Positions 9,149 to 18,098 of a DNA stretch of 64,000 bases are shown here, piece by piece (the stretch's first letter is position 1; each line of letters opens with the position of its first letter). The translations under genes were made by a program, and so were the position numbers. The stretch is taken from assembly GCA_945877765.1 (NCBI GenBank), contig CAMDWQ010000006.1, positions 15,046 through 79,045 on the forward strand, given 5' to 3'. This DNA comes from Candidatus Omnitrophota bacterium (GTDB lineage Bacteria; Omnitrophota; Gorgyraeia; 2-02-FULL-51-18). The notes under the pieces were generated by a model. It did not search any database and was not told the origin of the DNA. It worked only from the letters and a program-made list of their open reading frames with translations.

Positions 9149-10119
9149 CTCAAACCCAAATACGCCTGCGCCGTCTACGAGAAAATCCTGTACTGCGCTC
9201 AATGCTGCGCGATACCTTGCTTTCCAAAGACGACCTTGTTCAGCCCTTATTCGTCAAAGAGGGTCTTTCGAGCCCGACAGCGATTGACTCGATGCCCGGA
9301 CAGTTTCGGCATTCCCTGAAAAGTATTGTTGCCCAAGCCCAAAAAGTTCAAGATTTGGGAATTCCCGCCATCCTTCTTTTTGGAATCCCAGCTAAGAAAG
9401 ATAAGCTCGGCAAATCCGCTTTTGCCAATCACGGCATTATTCAGAGAGCTGTTTCGGCGATCAAGAAAAAGAACCCAAATCTTTTAGTGATTACCGATGT
9501 CTGCCTTTGCGAGTATCTAACTCACGGGCACTGTGGTCATGTTCAGGCGGGAAAAATTCTCAACGATACCTCGGTGGCAACACTGGCCAAAATTGCCCTT
9601 TCGCATGCGCGCTCAGGTGCCGATGTGATCGCACCCTCCGATATGATGGATGGCCGCATCGCTGCGATTAGAAAGATTTTGGATGCCAACCACTTTGAAT
9701 CAACCCCCATTCTTTCGTACGCCGTCAAATACGCCTCCGCTTTTTATTCGCCTTTTCGCGAGGCGGCGGAGAGCGCGCCTGGTTTTGGTGATCGGCAAAG
9801 CTATCAGATGAACCCAGCCAACCGCCGCGAAGCTTTGCGGGAAGCCCAGACAGATCTTGCGGAGGGTGCCGATATCTTGATGGTGAAACCCGCACTTAGC
9901 TATCTCGACATCCTTCGTGACGTCCGTGAGCGCTTTCACTGTCCACTAGCCGCTTATAGTGTCAGCGGCGAATATTCGATGATCAAGGCAGCGGCAGCGC
10001 GCGGTTGGATTGATGAGAAAAAAATTGTTTTAGAGACGCATCTGTCGATGAAAAGAGCGGGTGCTAATTTTATCCTGACGTATTGGGCGCAGGATTTGGC
10101 GCGGTGGTTAAAGTCATGA
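9145..10119 (+). CDS. hemB: porphobilinogen synthase (ALA dehydratase)
   Basis: 324 aa. Region CLCEYLTHGHCG and active-site region SYAVKYASAFYSPFR are typical of HemB. Confidence 0.9.
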   Translation: MTQTQIRLRRLRENPVLRSMLRDTLLSKDDLVQPLFVKEGLSSPTAIDSMPGQFRHSLKSIVAQAQKVQDLGIPAILLFGIPAKKDKLGKSAFANHGIIQRAVSAIKKKNPNLLVITDVCLCEYLTHGHCGHVQAGKILNDTSVATLAKIALSHARSGADVIAPSDMMDGRIAAIRKILDANHFESTPILSYAVKYASAFYSPFREAAESAPGFGDRQSYQMNPANRREALREAQTDLAEGADILMVKPALSYLDILRDVRERFHCPLAAYSVSGEYSMIKAAAARGWIDEKKIVLETHLSMKRAGANFILTYWAQDLARWLKS

Positions 10120-11378
10120 GTGCCGGGTGGAAGCAGGCACAAGAAAACTTTGCTGGAGGGGTGAATAGCCCTGTAAGAGCCTTTAGATCCGTCGGCGGCG
10201 ATCCCGTTTTGATGAAAAAAGGTCAAGGTGCTTATCTCTGGAGCACTGACAACCAAAAGTTTATTGATTTTTGCATGTCTTGGGGCGCGATGCTCCTTGG
10301 TCACGCTGAGCTCAAAACAGTGCAAGCAATCCAAGCACAGGCCGCCAACGGGACAAGTTTTGGGACATCGACGCCGTTTGAAACAAATCTTGCCGTCCTT
10401 ATCAAAAAAGCGTTTCCTGACATCGAAAAACTACGTTTTACCAGCTCGGGAACGGAAGCCGCGATGAGCGCTATCCGTTTGGCGCGGGGTGTTACTGGGC
10501 GGGATCGGATATTGAAATTTGAAGGTTGCTATCACGGACACGCGGACAGTCTGCTCGTTAAGGCTGGTAGTGGTTTGGCTACATTCGGCACTCCAGACTC
10601 GGCGGGTGTGCCAGCTGATTTGGCACGTATGACAGCAACGCTTCCTTATAATGACTCTGAAGCCGTCCGCCATTTCTTCAAAAATGAAACGAAGATCGCT
10701 TGCGTCATTGTCGAACCGATAGCAGGTAATATGGGCGTTGTTCCCGCCAAGCCCGAATTTCTTAAAGCGCTGCGCGATGAATGTTCAAAAGCGGGCACCT
10801 TACTCATATTCGATGAAGTAATTTCTGGTTTTCGTGTCGGTTATGGCGGCGCGCAGCACCTTTACCAAATCCGGCCAGATCTAACCATCCTCGGAAAAAT
10901 TATTGGCGGAGGCTTACCGGTGGGGGCGTTTGGTGGATCAACCAAGCTCATGGAGCATCTTTCTCCTTTGGGGAGAGTGTATCAAGCAGGAACACTTTCA
11001 GGAAACCCGCTTTCTATGGTCGCCGGCGCAAACACGCTATCACAACTATCAAAAATTTTTTATAAGCAGCTTAACCATAAAGCCGAACCCTTTCTTGCTC
11101 AAGTGCGTCTTATCTTTAAGAAGTATAGACAGCCGGCGTTGATTCAATCCCAAGGATCGATGTTTACTATTTTTCTGGGGAGCGAAAAAGTGGAGAATTT
11201 TTCGGATGCTAAAAAATGCGATACCAAAAAATTTGCCCGCTTTTTTCATTTGATGTTAAAAAATGGTCTGTATATTCCGCCCTCGCTTTTTGAGGCTTAT
11301 TTTATCTCCCAGGCTCACACCGAGCGGGATTTGGAACAGGCATTAAAAAAGTTGGATAAAGCAGTGAAAGCTTTATAA
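10116..11378 (+). CDS. hemL: glutamate-1-semialdehyde 2,1-aminomutase
   Basis: GGVNSPVRAF motif near the N-terminus, PLP-aminotransferase class III. ATG at 10116 overlaps the hemB stop (ATGA). Confidence 0.9.
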   Translation: MSAGWKQAQENFAGGVNSPVRAFRSVGGDPVLMKKGQGAYLWSTDNQKFIDFCMSWGAMLLGHAELKTVQAIQAQAANGTSFGTSTPFETNLAVLIKKAFPDIEKLRFTSSGTEAAMSAIRLARGVTGRDRILKFEGCYHGHADSLLVKAGSGLATFGTPDSAGVPADLARMTATLPYNDSEAVRHFFKNETKIACVIVEPIAGNMGVVPAKPEFLKALRDECSKAGTLLIFDEVISGFRVGYGGAQHLYQIRPDLTILGKIIGGGLPVGAFGGSTKLMEHLSPLGRVYQAGTLSGNPLSMVAGANTLSQLSKIFYKQLNHKAEPFLAQVRLIFKKYRQPALIQSQGSMFTIFLGSEKVENFSDAKKCDTKKFARFFHLMLKNGLYIPPSLFEAYFISQAHTERDLEQALKKLDKAVKAL

Positions 11379-11386
11379 TACCCCTT

Positions 11387-12370
11387 ATGAGTGTGACACA
11401 GCGCCCAACGCTTGACGAAATTTACGCTCCTATCGAGAGCGATTTAAGGGCTTTTTCCGACTGCCTTCGCCACGAGCTTTCGTCCAGTGACAACCTGATT
11501 CAGCAGATCCACGAGCATATTCTAAAAATGACAGGTAAGTTTTTGCGGCCGGCACTGACCATTCTCTCTTCGAAGGTGGGGGGCAAGAACCGCTCGGAGC
11601 CGATTAAGCTCGCCGCTGTCATCGAGCTTATTCACACCGCCACACTGGTGCACGATGACATCATCGATAATTCTGATTTTCGTCGCAATCAGCCGTCTGT
11701 CCACGCTCGCTGGGGACGAGACCTCTCCATCATTTCCGGGGATTATCTTTACTCAAAAGCATTTTTGCTTTTAGCGGGGCTCAACAATACGATTCTTAAT
11801 CAAGCTCTTGCCCTATGTGCGCATACGCTTTGTGAGGGCGAAATGAAGCAGGTGGAAAAACGCAACCAATTCCTGATGTCCGAGGAAGAATATCTTAAAA
11901 TCATTCACCAAAAAACAGCCTCTCTTTTTCAAGCCGCCTGCATGGGCGGGGCTTATTATTCGGGAACCAGCCAAAAAAATATAGAACAGATCGGCGATTA
12001 CGGTTTTGGTTTGGGAATGGCGTTCCAAATAGTGGATGACTGCCTGGATTTGGTGGGGGAAACCAAGAGTCTTGGGAAAACCACGGGCCTGGATTTGACA
12101 AAAAATGACGTAACCTTGCCCCTTCTGTATCTCTTGCAAGGCTTAGACCTAGCGGGCCGTGACCGGCTGATTCATCGGATGAAAAACAATGAGATTTCTT
12201 TTGATGAAATAAAAAAAATGGCTCTGGAAGAAAAAGCGGTGGATCGTGCTTTGGCGCGGGCTCGAGGCTATATTGATCAATCCCTGCAAAGTTTGAGCGG
12301 GATTGCGCCGTCTGTCTACCGGCAAAGCTTAGAACAATTGGCGCATCATTGCATTGACCGAGTGCGTTAA
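11387..12370 (+). CDS. polyprenyl diphosphate synthase (trans-isoprenyl diphosphate synthase family)
   Basis: First Asp-rich motif LVHDDIIDN and second FQIVDDCLD, 327 aa. Confidence 0.8.
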   Translation: MSVTQRPTLDEIYAPIESDLRAFSDCLRHELSSSDNLIQQIHEHILKMTGKFLRPALTILSSKVGGKNRSEPIKLAAVIELIHTATLVHDDIIDNSDFRRNQPSVHARWGRDLSIISGDYLYSKAFLLLAGLNNTILNQALALCAHTLCEGEMKQVEKRNQFLMSEEEYLKIIHQKTASLFQAACMGGAYYSGTSQKNIEQIGDYGFGLGMAFQIVDDCLDLVGETKSLGKTTGLDLTKNDVTLPLLYLLQGLDLAGRDRLIHRMKNNEISFDEIKKMALEEKAVDRALARARGYIDQSLQSLSGIAPSVYRQSLEQLAHHCIDRVR

Positions 12371-12415
12371 TTTTTGTATTATCACTATTACCGAAGTAAA
12401 ACTTAAGGAGTTTCT

Positions 12416-12604
12416 ATGTTTGGAGTAGGTCTTCCCGAACTTTTGGTCGTCTTGTTAGTGTGTCTTTTGCTTTTTGGTGCTAACCGCCTGCCGGATATCG
12501 GCAAAAGCCTGGGAGAGGGGATCCGAGAATTTAAGCGGGCCATGAAGGACGACTCCCATGAAAGCAAAAACGATTCAAAGCCCAAAGAAAACCCTAAAAG
12601 CTAA
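12416..12604 (+). CDS. tatA: twin-arginine translocase subunit TatA/E
   Basis: 62 aa. [43 protein letters not shown] is the canonical TatA transmembrane and amphipathic helix. AAGGAG RBS. Confidence 0.8.
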   Translation: MFGVGLPELLVVLLVCLLLFGANRLPDIGKSLGEGIREFKRAMKDDSHESKNDSKPKENPKS

Positions 12605-12624
12605 GCCCTAAAACCTACCTCTGA

Positions 12625-13734
12625 ATGAAAACTCGCGTAGTAGTCGCCATGTCTGGCGGCGTAGACAGTTCTGTGGCGGCCTATCTTCTTAAGGAGAGTG
12701 GGCATGAGGTTATTGGCGTCACGATCAAAACGTGGTCGAATGATGAATGCCGCGATGAAAAATCCAAGGGATGCTGCTCTATCCGCGACATTGATGATGC
12801 CCGCTCAGTGGCAAGAAAATTGGACATCCCTTACTACATTTTAGACTTGTCAGCTGACTTTAAAGAAAAAGTAATCGATTATTTTGTTGATGAGTATCTG
12901 GTAGGGCGCACCCCCAACCCCTGCATCGAGTGCAACAACCACATCAAGTTTGGCCTCTTGAGAAAAAAAGCAGATGAATTGGAAGCCTCTTTTATTGCGA
13001 CGGGCCATTATGCCAAAAAAGGTTTTGACGAAGCCAGTGGCCGTTATTATATCCAAGAAGGGGATGATCTTTCCAAAGACCAGTCTTATGTTTTGTCTGG
13101 ACTCAATCAGGAGCAGTTAGCGAAGACGCTTTTACCTATTGGTGACATGGAGAAAAGCCAAGTGCGCGAGATAGCGGGCAAATTGGGATTACGCGTATTT
13201 GACAAACCGGACAGCCAGGAAATATGTTTTGTCAAAACCAACTATGTGGATTTTTTAAAAAAAACCGTACCGGAGCGCTTGCCTTCGAAGGGTAATTTTA
13301 CTAACCAGAGCGGGCGGGTGATGGGAACACATGAAGGCAGTCATCTTTTTACCATCGGCCAGAGAAAGCGTATCCGGATCACCAACCTAACACCCTATTT
13401 CGTCACCGCCATTGACACCCAAAAAAATGAGGTGCAAATCGGCTCTGAAAACGAGCTTTTAGCGCAGGAAATGATTGTGCATCGAGTGAACTGGCAGTTA
13501 GGCCCCAGAACAGGGGCTATTGAGGCAAAAATCCGCTCTCGGCATGGCCGCGCTAAGGCTGTAATTCTTTCTTTTGATTCTAGCGAAGTTCGTGTAAAAT
13601 TTGAACTTCCACAGAAAGCGGTAACCCCAGGGCAGGCCGCTGTTTTCTATGATGATCGCAATCGAATTATCGGCGGGGGATGGATTAAGCGCGCATTCGC
13701 GTACCATGAAGCCTTGGAGCCTAAAACAGTTTAG
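12625..13734 (+). CDS. mnmA: tRNA-specific 2-thiouridylase
   Basis: PP-loop VVVAMSGGVDSSVAAYLL, 369 aa. Confidence 0.9.
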   Translation: MKTRVVVAMSGGVDSSVAAYLLKESGHEVIGVTIKTWSNDECRDEKSKGCCSIRDIDDARSVARKLDIPYYILDLSADFKEKVIDYFVDEYLVGRTPNPCIECNNHIKFGLLRKKADELEASFIATGHYAKKGFDEASGRYYIQEGDDLSKDQSYVLSGLNQEQLAKTLLPIGDMEKSQVREIAGKLGLRVFDKPDSQEICFVKTNYVDFLKKTVPERLPSKGNFTNQSGRVMGTHEGSHLFTIGQRKRIRITNLTPYFVTAIDTQKNEVQIGSENELLAQEMIVHRVNWQLGPRTGAIEAKIRSRHGRAKAVILSFDSSEVRVKFELPQKAVTPGQAAVFYDDRNRIIGGGWIKRAFAYHEALEPKTV

Positions 13735-13808
13735 GCGATGTAGCTCAGCCTGGTTAGAGCGAGTGCTTCATAAGCACTATGTCACTGGTTCGAATCCAGT
13801 CATCGCCA
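13734..13808 (+). tRNA. tRNA with CAT anticodon (elongator Met, or Ile2 if lysidinylated)
   Basis: Folded by hand. 7-bp acceptor stem ggcgatg/catcgcc, D arm tagctcagcctggttagagcg, anticodon stem-loop agtgc-ttCATaa-gcact, T arm actggttcgaatccagt. G1-C72 pair argues against an initiator tRNA. No encoded CCA. Confidence 0.85.
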
Positions 13809-13842
13809 TTAATTATGTTGTATTTCTTAAGGAGAGATCGCA

Positions 13843-14256
13843 ATGGATGGAAGGCTCCCGGAGGATGAACAGGAGCGCAGAAAGTTTGCCCGTATTTCCA
13901 ACCACTTTTTGGTGCGCTCTTGCAAAGCCGAACACGCTTCCATGGATCCTGAGAAAATAATCGGCATTGTTCGTGATATCAATTTTCGCGGTTTAGCGTT
14001 TCTGACGAATCAGGATTATAGAGTCAATGACAAGCTTGAATTAGAAATAGAGCTTGTTGGTTTTAAGGGCCCAGGCGGCACCGCAGGAGGCCTCTTAAAT
14101 TCAGCTGCGATCACCACACAAGCCACGGTGGCTAGGACGGAAAACTTTGGCCCGGGATTCAGTTTGGTCGCGGCTTTGTTTGATTCTCTTGAAAAGGAGG
14201 ATGAGGACTTACTGGCGCGAGCCCTCTCATATCAGCAAGCAATGGATGCGGCCTAA
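13843..14256 (+). CDS. PilZ-domain protein (c-di-GMP receptor family)
   Basis: RRKFARI (RxxxR) followed by DINFRGLAF (DxSxxG), 137 aa. AAGGAGAG RBS. Confidence 0.65.
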   Translation: MDGRLPEDEQERRKFARISNHFLVRSCKAEHASMDPEKIIGIVRDINFRGLAFLTNQDYRVNDKLELEIELVGFKGPGGTAGGLLNSAAITTQATVARTENFGPGFSLVAALFDSLEKEDEDLLARALSYQQAMDAA

Positions 14257-14290
14257 GCAGCGAAGCAAAAACCGGCATTTTTTAGCATTT

Positions 14291-14319
14291 TTGACTTTAT
14301 AAAAGTCATTAGGTATAAT
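14291..14319 (+). promoter_or_regulatory. sigma70-like promoter (TTGACT-17 nt-TATAAT) with palindrome in the spacer
   Basis: TTGACT at 14291-14296, TATAAT at 14314-14319, 17-nt spacer. Perfect palindrome gactttataaaagtc at 14293-14307. About 100 nt upstream of the 14422 CDS. Confidence 0.5.
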
Positions 14320-14421
14320 ACTCAGTATCACTTTATTTACTACTTCCGCCTTAAAGCGAATTTATCCCAAGCTTTCCGCTTATGGATAAGATCGTCAAAC
14401 GCGGCCAACACGGAGTCTAAA

Positions 14422-14925
14422 ATGAAAAAGTATATTCTAGGTTTGGTTTTGTTTTTTGGTGTGGTTAATTTGGCTTATGCAGAAATTGCTTCAGAGAACG
14501 GAACGCCCGCCGTGGAAGGTCAGACAACAGTAACTGATAAAACAACGGTTACTACGGTCAATACTGTGGTCGAAGGATCTTCCACTGCCGCAGAAACCAA
14601 AGAAGTTGCAGCGCCCGCAGAAATTGCCGCCGCGCCTGCAGAAGCAACAACCGCTTCTACCCAAGCAGATCCAACCGAGAATCTTGAGTTTATTTCTGGG
14701 GAAGTAAGCGCTATTGACGAAGCCGCCAATACAGCGACTATCAAGCTTTATGGCGAGACAGAAAATACACCGGGTGATAAATCAATCACGGTGCAAGTTG
14801 ATGCTTCAACCGATATTACCGACGGCGAGAAAGACCGGACACTTAAGTCGCTTACCAGCGGAACAGAAGTGGACGTTGAGTACGATCCGGCGTCAAGCAA
14901 GGCAACCTATATTTTCGTTTATTAA
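14422..14925 (+). CDS. secreted Thr/Ala-rich protein, function unknown
   Basis: Signal peptide MKKYILGLVLFFGVVNLAYA, T-rich low-complexity middle region. Flanked by a consensus promoter and an intrinsic terminator. Confidence 0.5.
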   Translation: MKKYILGLVLFFGVVNLAYAEIASENGTPAVEGQTTVTDKTTVTTVNTVVEGSSTAAETKEVAAPAEIAAAPAEATTASTQADPTENLEFISGEVSAIDEAANTATIKLYGETENTPGDKSITVQVDASTDITDGEKDRTLKSLTSGTEVDVEYDPASSKATYIFVY

Positions 14926-14952
14926 GCTATCGTTTTAATTTTGTTTTCACCC

Positions 14953-14998
14953 TCGGACGAACCAAGGAATTTTATCGGTTCGTCCGAGCTTTTTTTTT
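14953..14998 (+). terminator. rho-independent terminator
   Basis: Stem ctcggacgaacc / ggttcgtccgag (12 bp) followed by an 8-T run at 14990-14997. Confidence 0.65.
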
Positions 14999-15003
14999 AA
15001 GCC

Positions 15004-16014
15004 ATGCGTGAACTTCTTGAAAAAATTCAAAAAACAAACCAGCGGCATGATCTATTTCGCAAAAACGATGCTCTCGTAGTTGGTGTTTCCGGAGGACCGG
15101 ATTCAACCGCCCTGTTTCTGCTTCTAGCAAAACTTAAAAAAAAATACAATCTACGCTTGATCGCGGCGCACATAAACCACCATTTTTCAAAAAAAGAATC
15201 CATGAGATTCGAACGTTTTGCCTCGGAGTTGGCGCGTCGGCATAACGCCCCTTTTTTTAAGAAATCGATAAGTGTCCGGGTTTTGGCAAAAAAAAATAAA
15301 AAAACTGTCGAAGAGATGGGTCGCATTGCCCGCTATGATTTTTTTCGCAAAGTAGCTTCTTTGAACAACGCAAAAATTATCGCCACGGCGCACACCATGG
15401 ATGATCAAGCCGAAACCATGCTGATGCGGGTCGCGCGCGGCGCTGGCCTAAAAGGTCTTGCTGGCATTCCCGTCAAAAGGAGGGAGGGCGCCTGCACCGT
15501 TGTGCGACCGCTCATCGGAGCCTCTAAGAAACAGATTTTAACTTTTCTAAAAAAAACCCGGGAATCGTTTTGTGTGGACAAGTCTAACCAGAGCGACATT
15601 TTCACGCGCAATCGTGTCCGAAACCGCCTTTTGCCCTGGGCCAAGAAAAATTTAAATCCTCGCGTTGTGGAAAGCCTGTCTGATCTAGGCTGTATCTGTT
15701 GGGAGGCGCAGAGTTTATTGGAGAAGCTGGGCCAAAAGGCGCTTGGCTCATGCCTTCTAGAAAAAAAACCATCCAGCGTTGTCCTGTCTGCAAAAAAAAT
15801 GGCACGCTTAGATCCTGCCGTTTGCTCGGAGACTATTTTTGCGGCATTAGCGCTTTTGACCGGCGGCCGGCTTCGCTTCGGATCTACCCACATCGGCGCG
15901 GTTCGGTCAATCCTGGAATCCCCTGAAAGCAACCTGGAAACTCACCTGCCCGGGCCTATCGTTGTCGCCAAAAATGGGGGCGCTTTGAGATTCTTTGACA
16001 CCTCCAAAAAATAA
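15004..16014 (+). CDS. tilS: tRNA(Ile)-lysidine synthetase
   Basis: PP-loop LVVGVSGGPDSTALFLLL, 336 aa. Confidence 0.8.
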   Translation: MRELLEKIQKTNQRHDLFRKNDALVVGVSGGPDSTALFLLLAKLKKKYNLRLIAAHINHHFSKKESMRFERFASELARRHNAPFFKKSISVRVLAKKNKKTVEEMGRIARYDFFRKVASLNNAKIIATAHTMDDQAETMLMRVARGAGLKGLAGIPVKRREGACTVVRPLIGASKKQILTFLKKTRESFCVDKSNQSDIFTRNRVRNRLLPWAKKNLNPRVVESLSDLGCICWEAQSLLEKLGQKALGSCLLEKKPSSVVLSAKKMARLDPAVCSETIFAALALLTGGRLRFGSTHIGAVRSILESPESNLETHLPGPIVVAKNGGALRFFDTSKK

Positions 16015-16061
16015 GCTTATAATCCCTAAAATCACTAAAAAGAAGGGGGGTCTCTAATTTC

Positions 16062-16238
16062 ATGTCAAAAGTAGAAGTTGGTCCTAATGAACCGTTGGAA
16101 AAAGCACTAAGACGCTTCAAGAAAAAAATTGAGCGTGAAGGAATTTTGAAGGTTCTGAAAGCGCGTAAACACTACGAAAAGCCCAGCGAAATCAAACGCC
16201 GCAAAGCCCGCGCTTCAAAAAGCCGCAAGAAATTCTAA
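16062..16238 (+). CDS. rpsU: 30S ribosomal protein S21
   Basis: 58-aa ORF absent from the track (below 60 aa). MSKVEVGPNEPLEKALRRFKKKIEREGILKVLKARKHYEKPSEIKRRKARASKSRKKF matches the S21 pattern. GAAGGGGGG RBS. Translated by hand. Confidence 0.8.
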   Translation: MSKVEVGPNEPLEKALRRFKKKIEREGILKVLKARKHYEKPSEIKRRKARASKSRKKF

Positions 16239-16292
16239 TTAAATGACTTCTCTCTGGCGCAGCCGCCAGGGGTGAGGCCAAAGGAACTTAAA

Positions 16293-16685
16293 ATGTCAGA
16301 AGAATCCCGCCAGGAAACCCCCGGCATCATCATCAAGAAAAAAGTGGATGAATCCTGGAAAAACGCGGTTGAGAAAGAAAAAACAACCGCGTTTTCTCCT
16401 TCTGAGTCTCCACAAGCCCCAAAAGAGGCGCCACCATCAGATCCAGGATTTTTGTACTTTATCTCAGGCTTGGGCATGCAAGCGCTTGCTTCTATGGGAG
16501 AGATTCCGGATGATAGCGGTCTAACTGGTCCCATTGATCTGGACCAAGCCAAGCAACTCATTGATGTCATCGAGATGTTGTCCAAAAAAACCAAGGGAAA
16601 TCTTTCACCCGAAGAAGAGAATGCCTTCCGAGAGCTTCTTCGCCAACTACGTCTTAAATTTGTCCAAAAAAGCCGAGCTGTCTAA
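16293..16685 (+). CDS. small acidic protein, possibly DUF1844 family
   Basis: ATG at 16293 after AAAGGAA (the track begins at GTG 16272). C-terminal pattern GEIPDDSG...QAKQLIDVIEMLSKKTKGNLSPEE resembles what I recall of DUF1844. Unverified. Confidence 0.4.
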   Translation: MSEESRQETPGIIIKKKVDESWKNAVEKEKTTAFSPSESPQAPKEAPPSDPGFLYFISGLGMQALASMGEIPDDSGLTGPIDLDQAKQLIDVIEMLSKKTKGNLSPEEENAFRELLRQLRLKFVQKSRAV

Positions 16686-16691
16686 CGTATC

Positions 16692-17921
16692 ATGACTGCT
16701 ATCGTCAGTTTTGTGGCTGGCGCGCTACTGGGTATCCTCGGCGCTTTTTTGTGGGGAGCCGCCCAACAGTCAACCGCCAAAAAAATGGCGTCGGGCCTTT
16801 ACGAGGATGCTGAAAAAAGACAAAAAGAACAGATCGCCGAGATCGTCAAAAATCTTCAAGCCCAATTTGGCAGTCTCTCGCTTGACGCCCTTTCAAAACA
16901 AACCGATCAGTTTTTAGCGCTAGCCGGATCAAAATTCCAAAATGAAAGAGAGCTCAGCGGAAAAGAGCTTGAAACCAAAAAAATCTTAATTGATCATCAG
17001 CTAGAATCAATGAAGGATAAGCTCCAGAAAGTTTCAGATTTAGTCCAAAGCCTGGAAAAGGACCGCGAGAATAAGTTTGGAGAGCTGACCAGCGAACTTA
17101 AAAATACCAACCAGCAGGTAACCGCGCTTCATCAGGCAACAAGCACACTCAATGAGGCACTTGCCAATTCACGTGCCAGGGGACAATGGGGGCAGCGAAT
17201 GGCCGAGGATGTGCTTCGCTTGGCTGGCTTTGCAGAGAATATTAACTATTTAAAAGAAAAAACGATTGAGGGTATTGGCTCGCGCCCCGACATCACGTTC
17301 CTCCTGCCCAAAAATTTAAAACTCAATATGGACGTGAAATTTCCCTACGATAATTATATGCGTTTTTTGGAAGCTCCGTCGGACGCGGATAAAGAAAAAT
17401 TTAAAAGTATTTTTTTTAAAGATGTCCGCGCCAAGCTCAAAGAAATTACTTCCCGCGATTACATCAACCCCGAGCAAAACACGGTCGACTACGTCATCTT
17501 ATTTGTTCCCAACGAGCAGATATTTTCATTCATTCATGAACAAGATCGGGACCTATTGGATTTGGGTTTAAAAAATAAAGTAATTTTTTGTTCGCCCATT
17601 ACTTTGTTTGCGGTATTAGGGATCATCCGGCAATCAGTCGATAACTTTAGCCTAGAAAAAACATCGAATGAGATTTTGTCTCTCTTGGGTACGTTTAAAT
17701 CTCAGTGGGAGAAGTTTCTTCAGAAGCTGGATGTGGTGGGTAAAAAAATTGAGGACGCACAAAAAGAATACTATCTGCTTTCTACTACCCGCAAAAGCCA
17801 ACTTGAGAAACCGCTCAACAAAATCGATGCCCTAAGACAACAAAGAGGCCTTCTTGTATCACCCGAAGACCCTGTCCTTGAGATAGTTAGCGAAGAAGAC
17901 ACCTCTTCTGAGCACCCCTAA
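16692..17921 (+). CDS. rmuC: DNA recombination protein RmuC
   Basis: N-terminal transmembrane helix, long coiled-coil, C-terminal RmuC-like block (RPDITFLLPKN...VKFPYDNY), 409 aa. Confidence 0.8.
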   Translation: MTAIVSFVAGALLGILGAFLWGAAQQSTAKKMASGLYEDAEKRQKEQIAEIVKNLQAQFGSLSLDALSKQTDQFLALAGSKFQNERELSGKELETKKILIDHQLESMKDKLQKVSDLVQSLEKDRENKFGELTSELKNTNQQVTALHQATSTLNEALANSRARGQWGQRMAEDVLRLAGFAENINYLKEKTIEGIGSRPDITFLLPKNLKLNMDVKFPYDNYMRFLEAPSDADKEKFKSIFFKDVRAKLKEITSRDYINPEQNTVDYVILFVPNEQIFSFIHEQDRDLLDLGLKNKVIFCSPITLFAVLGIIRQSVDNFSLEKTSNEILSLLGTFKSQWEKFLQKLDVVGKKIEDAQKEYYLLSTTRKSQLEKPLNKIDALRQQRGLLVSPEDPVLEIVSEEDTSSEHP

Positions 17922-17950
17922 AAAACGCTTTTTTATCGCATTTCTTTTAA

Positions 17951-17991
17951 TTGCAAATCATGGAGGCGGTTTGTTATAATCCTTATAACAA
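17951..17991 (+). promoter_or_regulatory. sigma70-like promoter (TTGCAA-18 nt-TATAAT) overlapped by a 9-3-9 perfect palindrome
   Basis: TTGCAA at 17951-17956, TATAAT at 17975-17980. Palindrome ttgttataa-tcc-ttataacaa at 17971-17991 covers the -10 box. About 110 nt upstream of the 18099 operon. Confidence 0.45.
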
Positions 17992-18098
17992 GATTTAGTG
18001 GTGCTTTTCGTTTTGACCACGACTAATAGATGTTTATAGATATTTCGCAACCTTTTTTTTATGCGCAATTGCCGCCTGATAGCGGTGGAGATTAAAAA

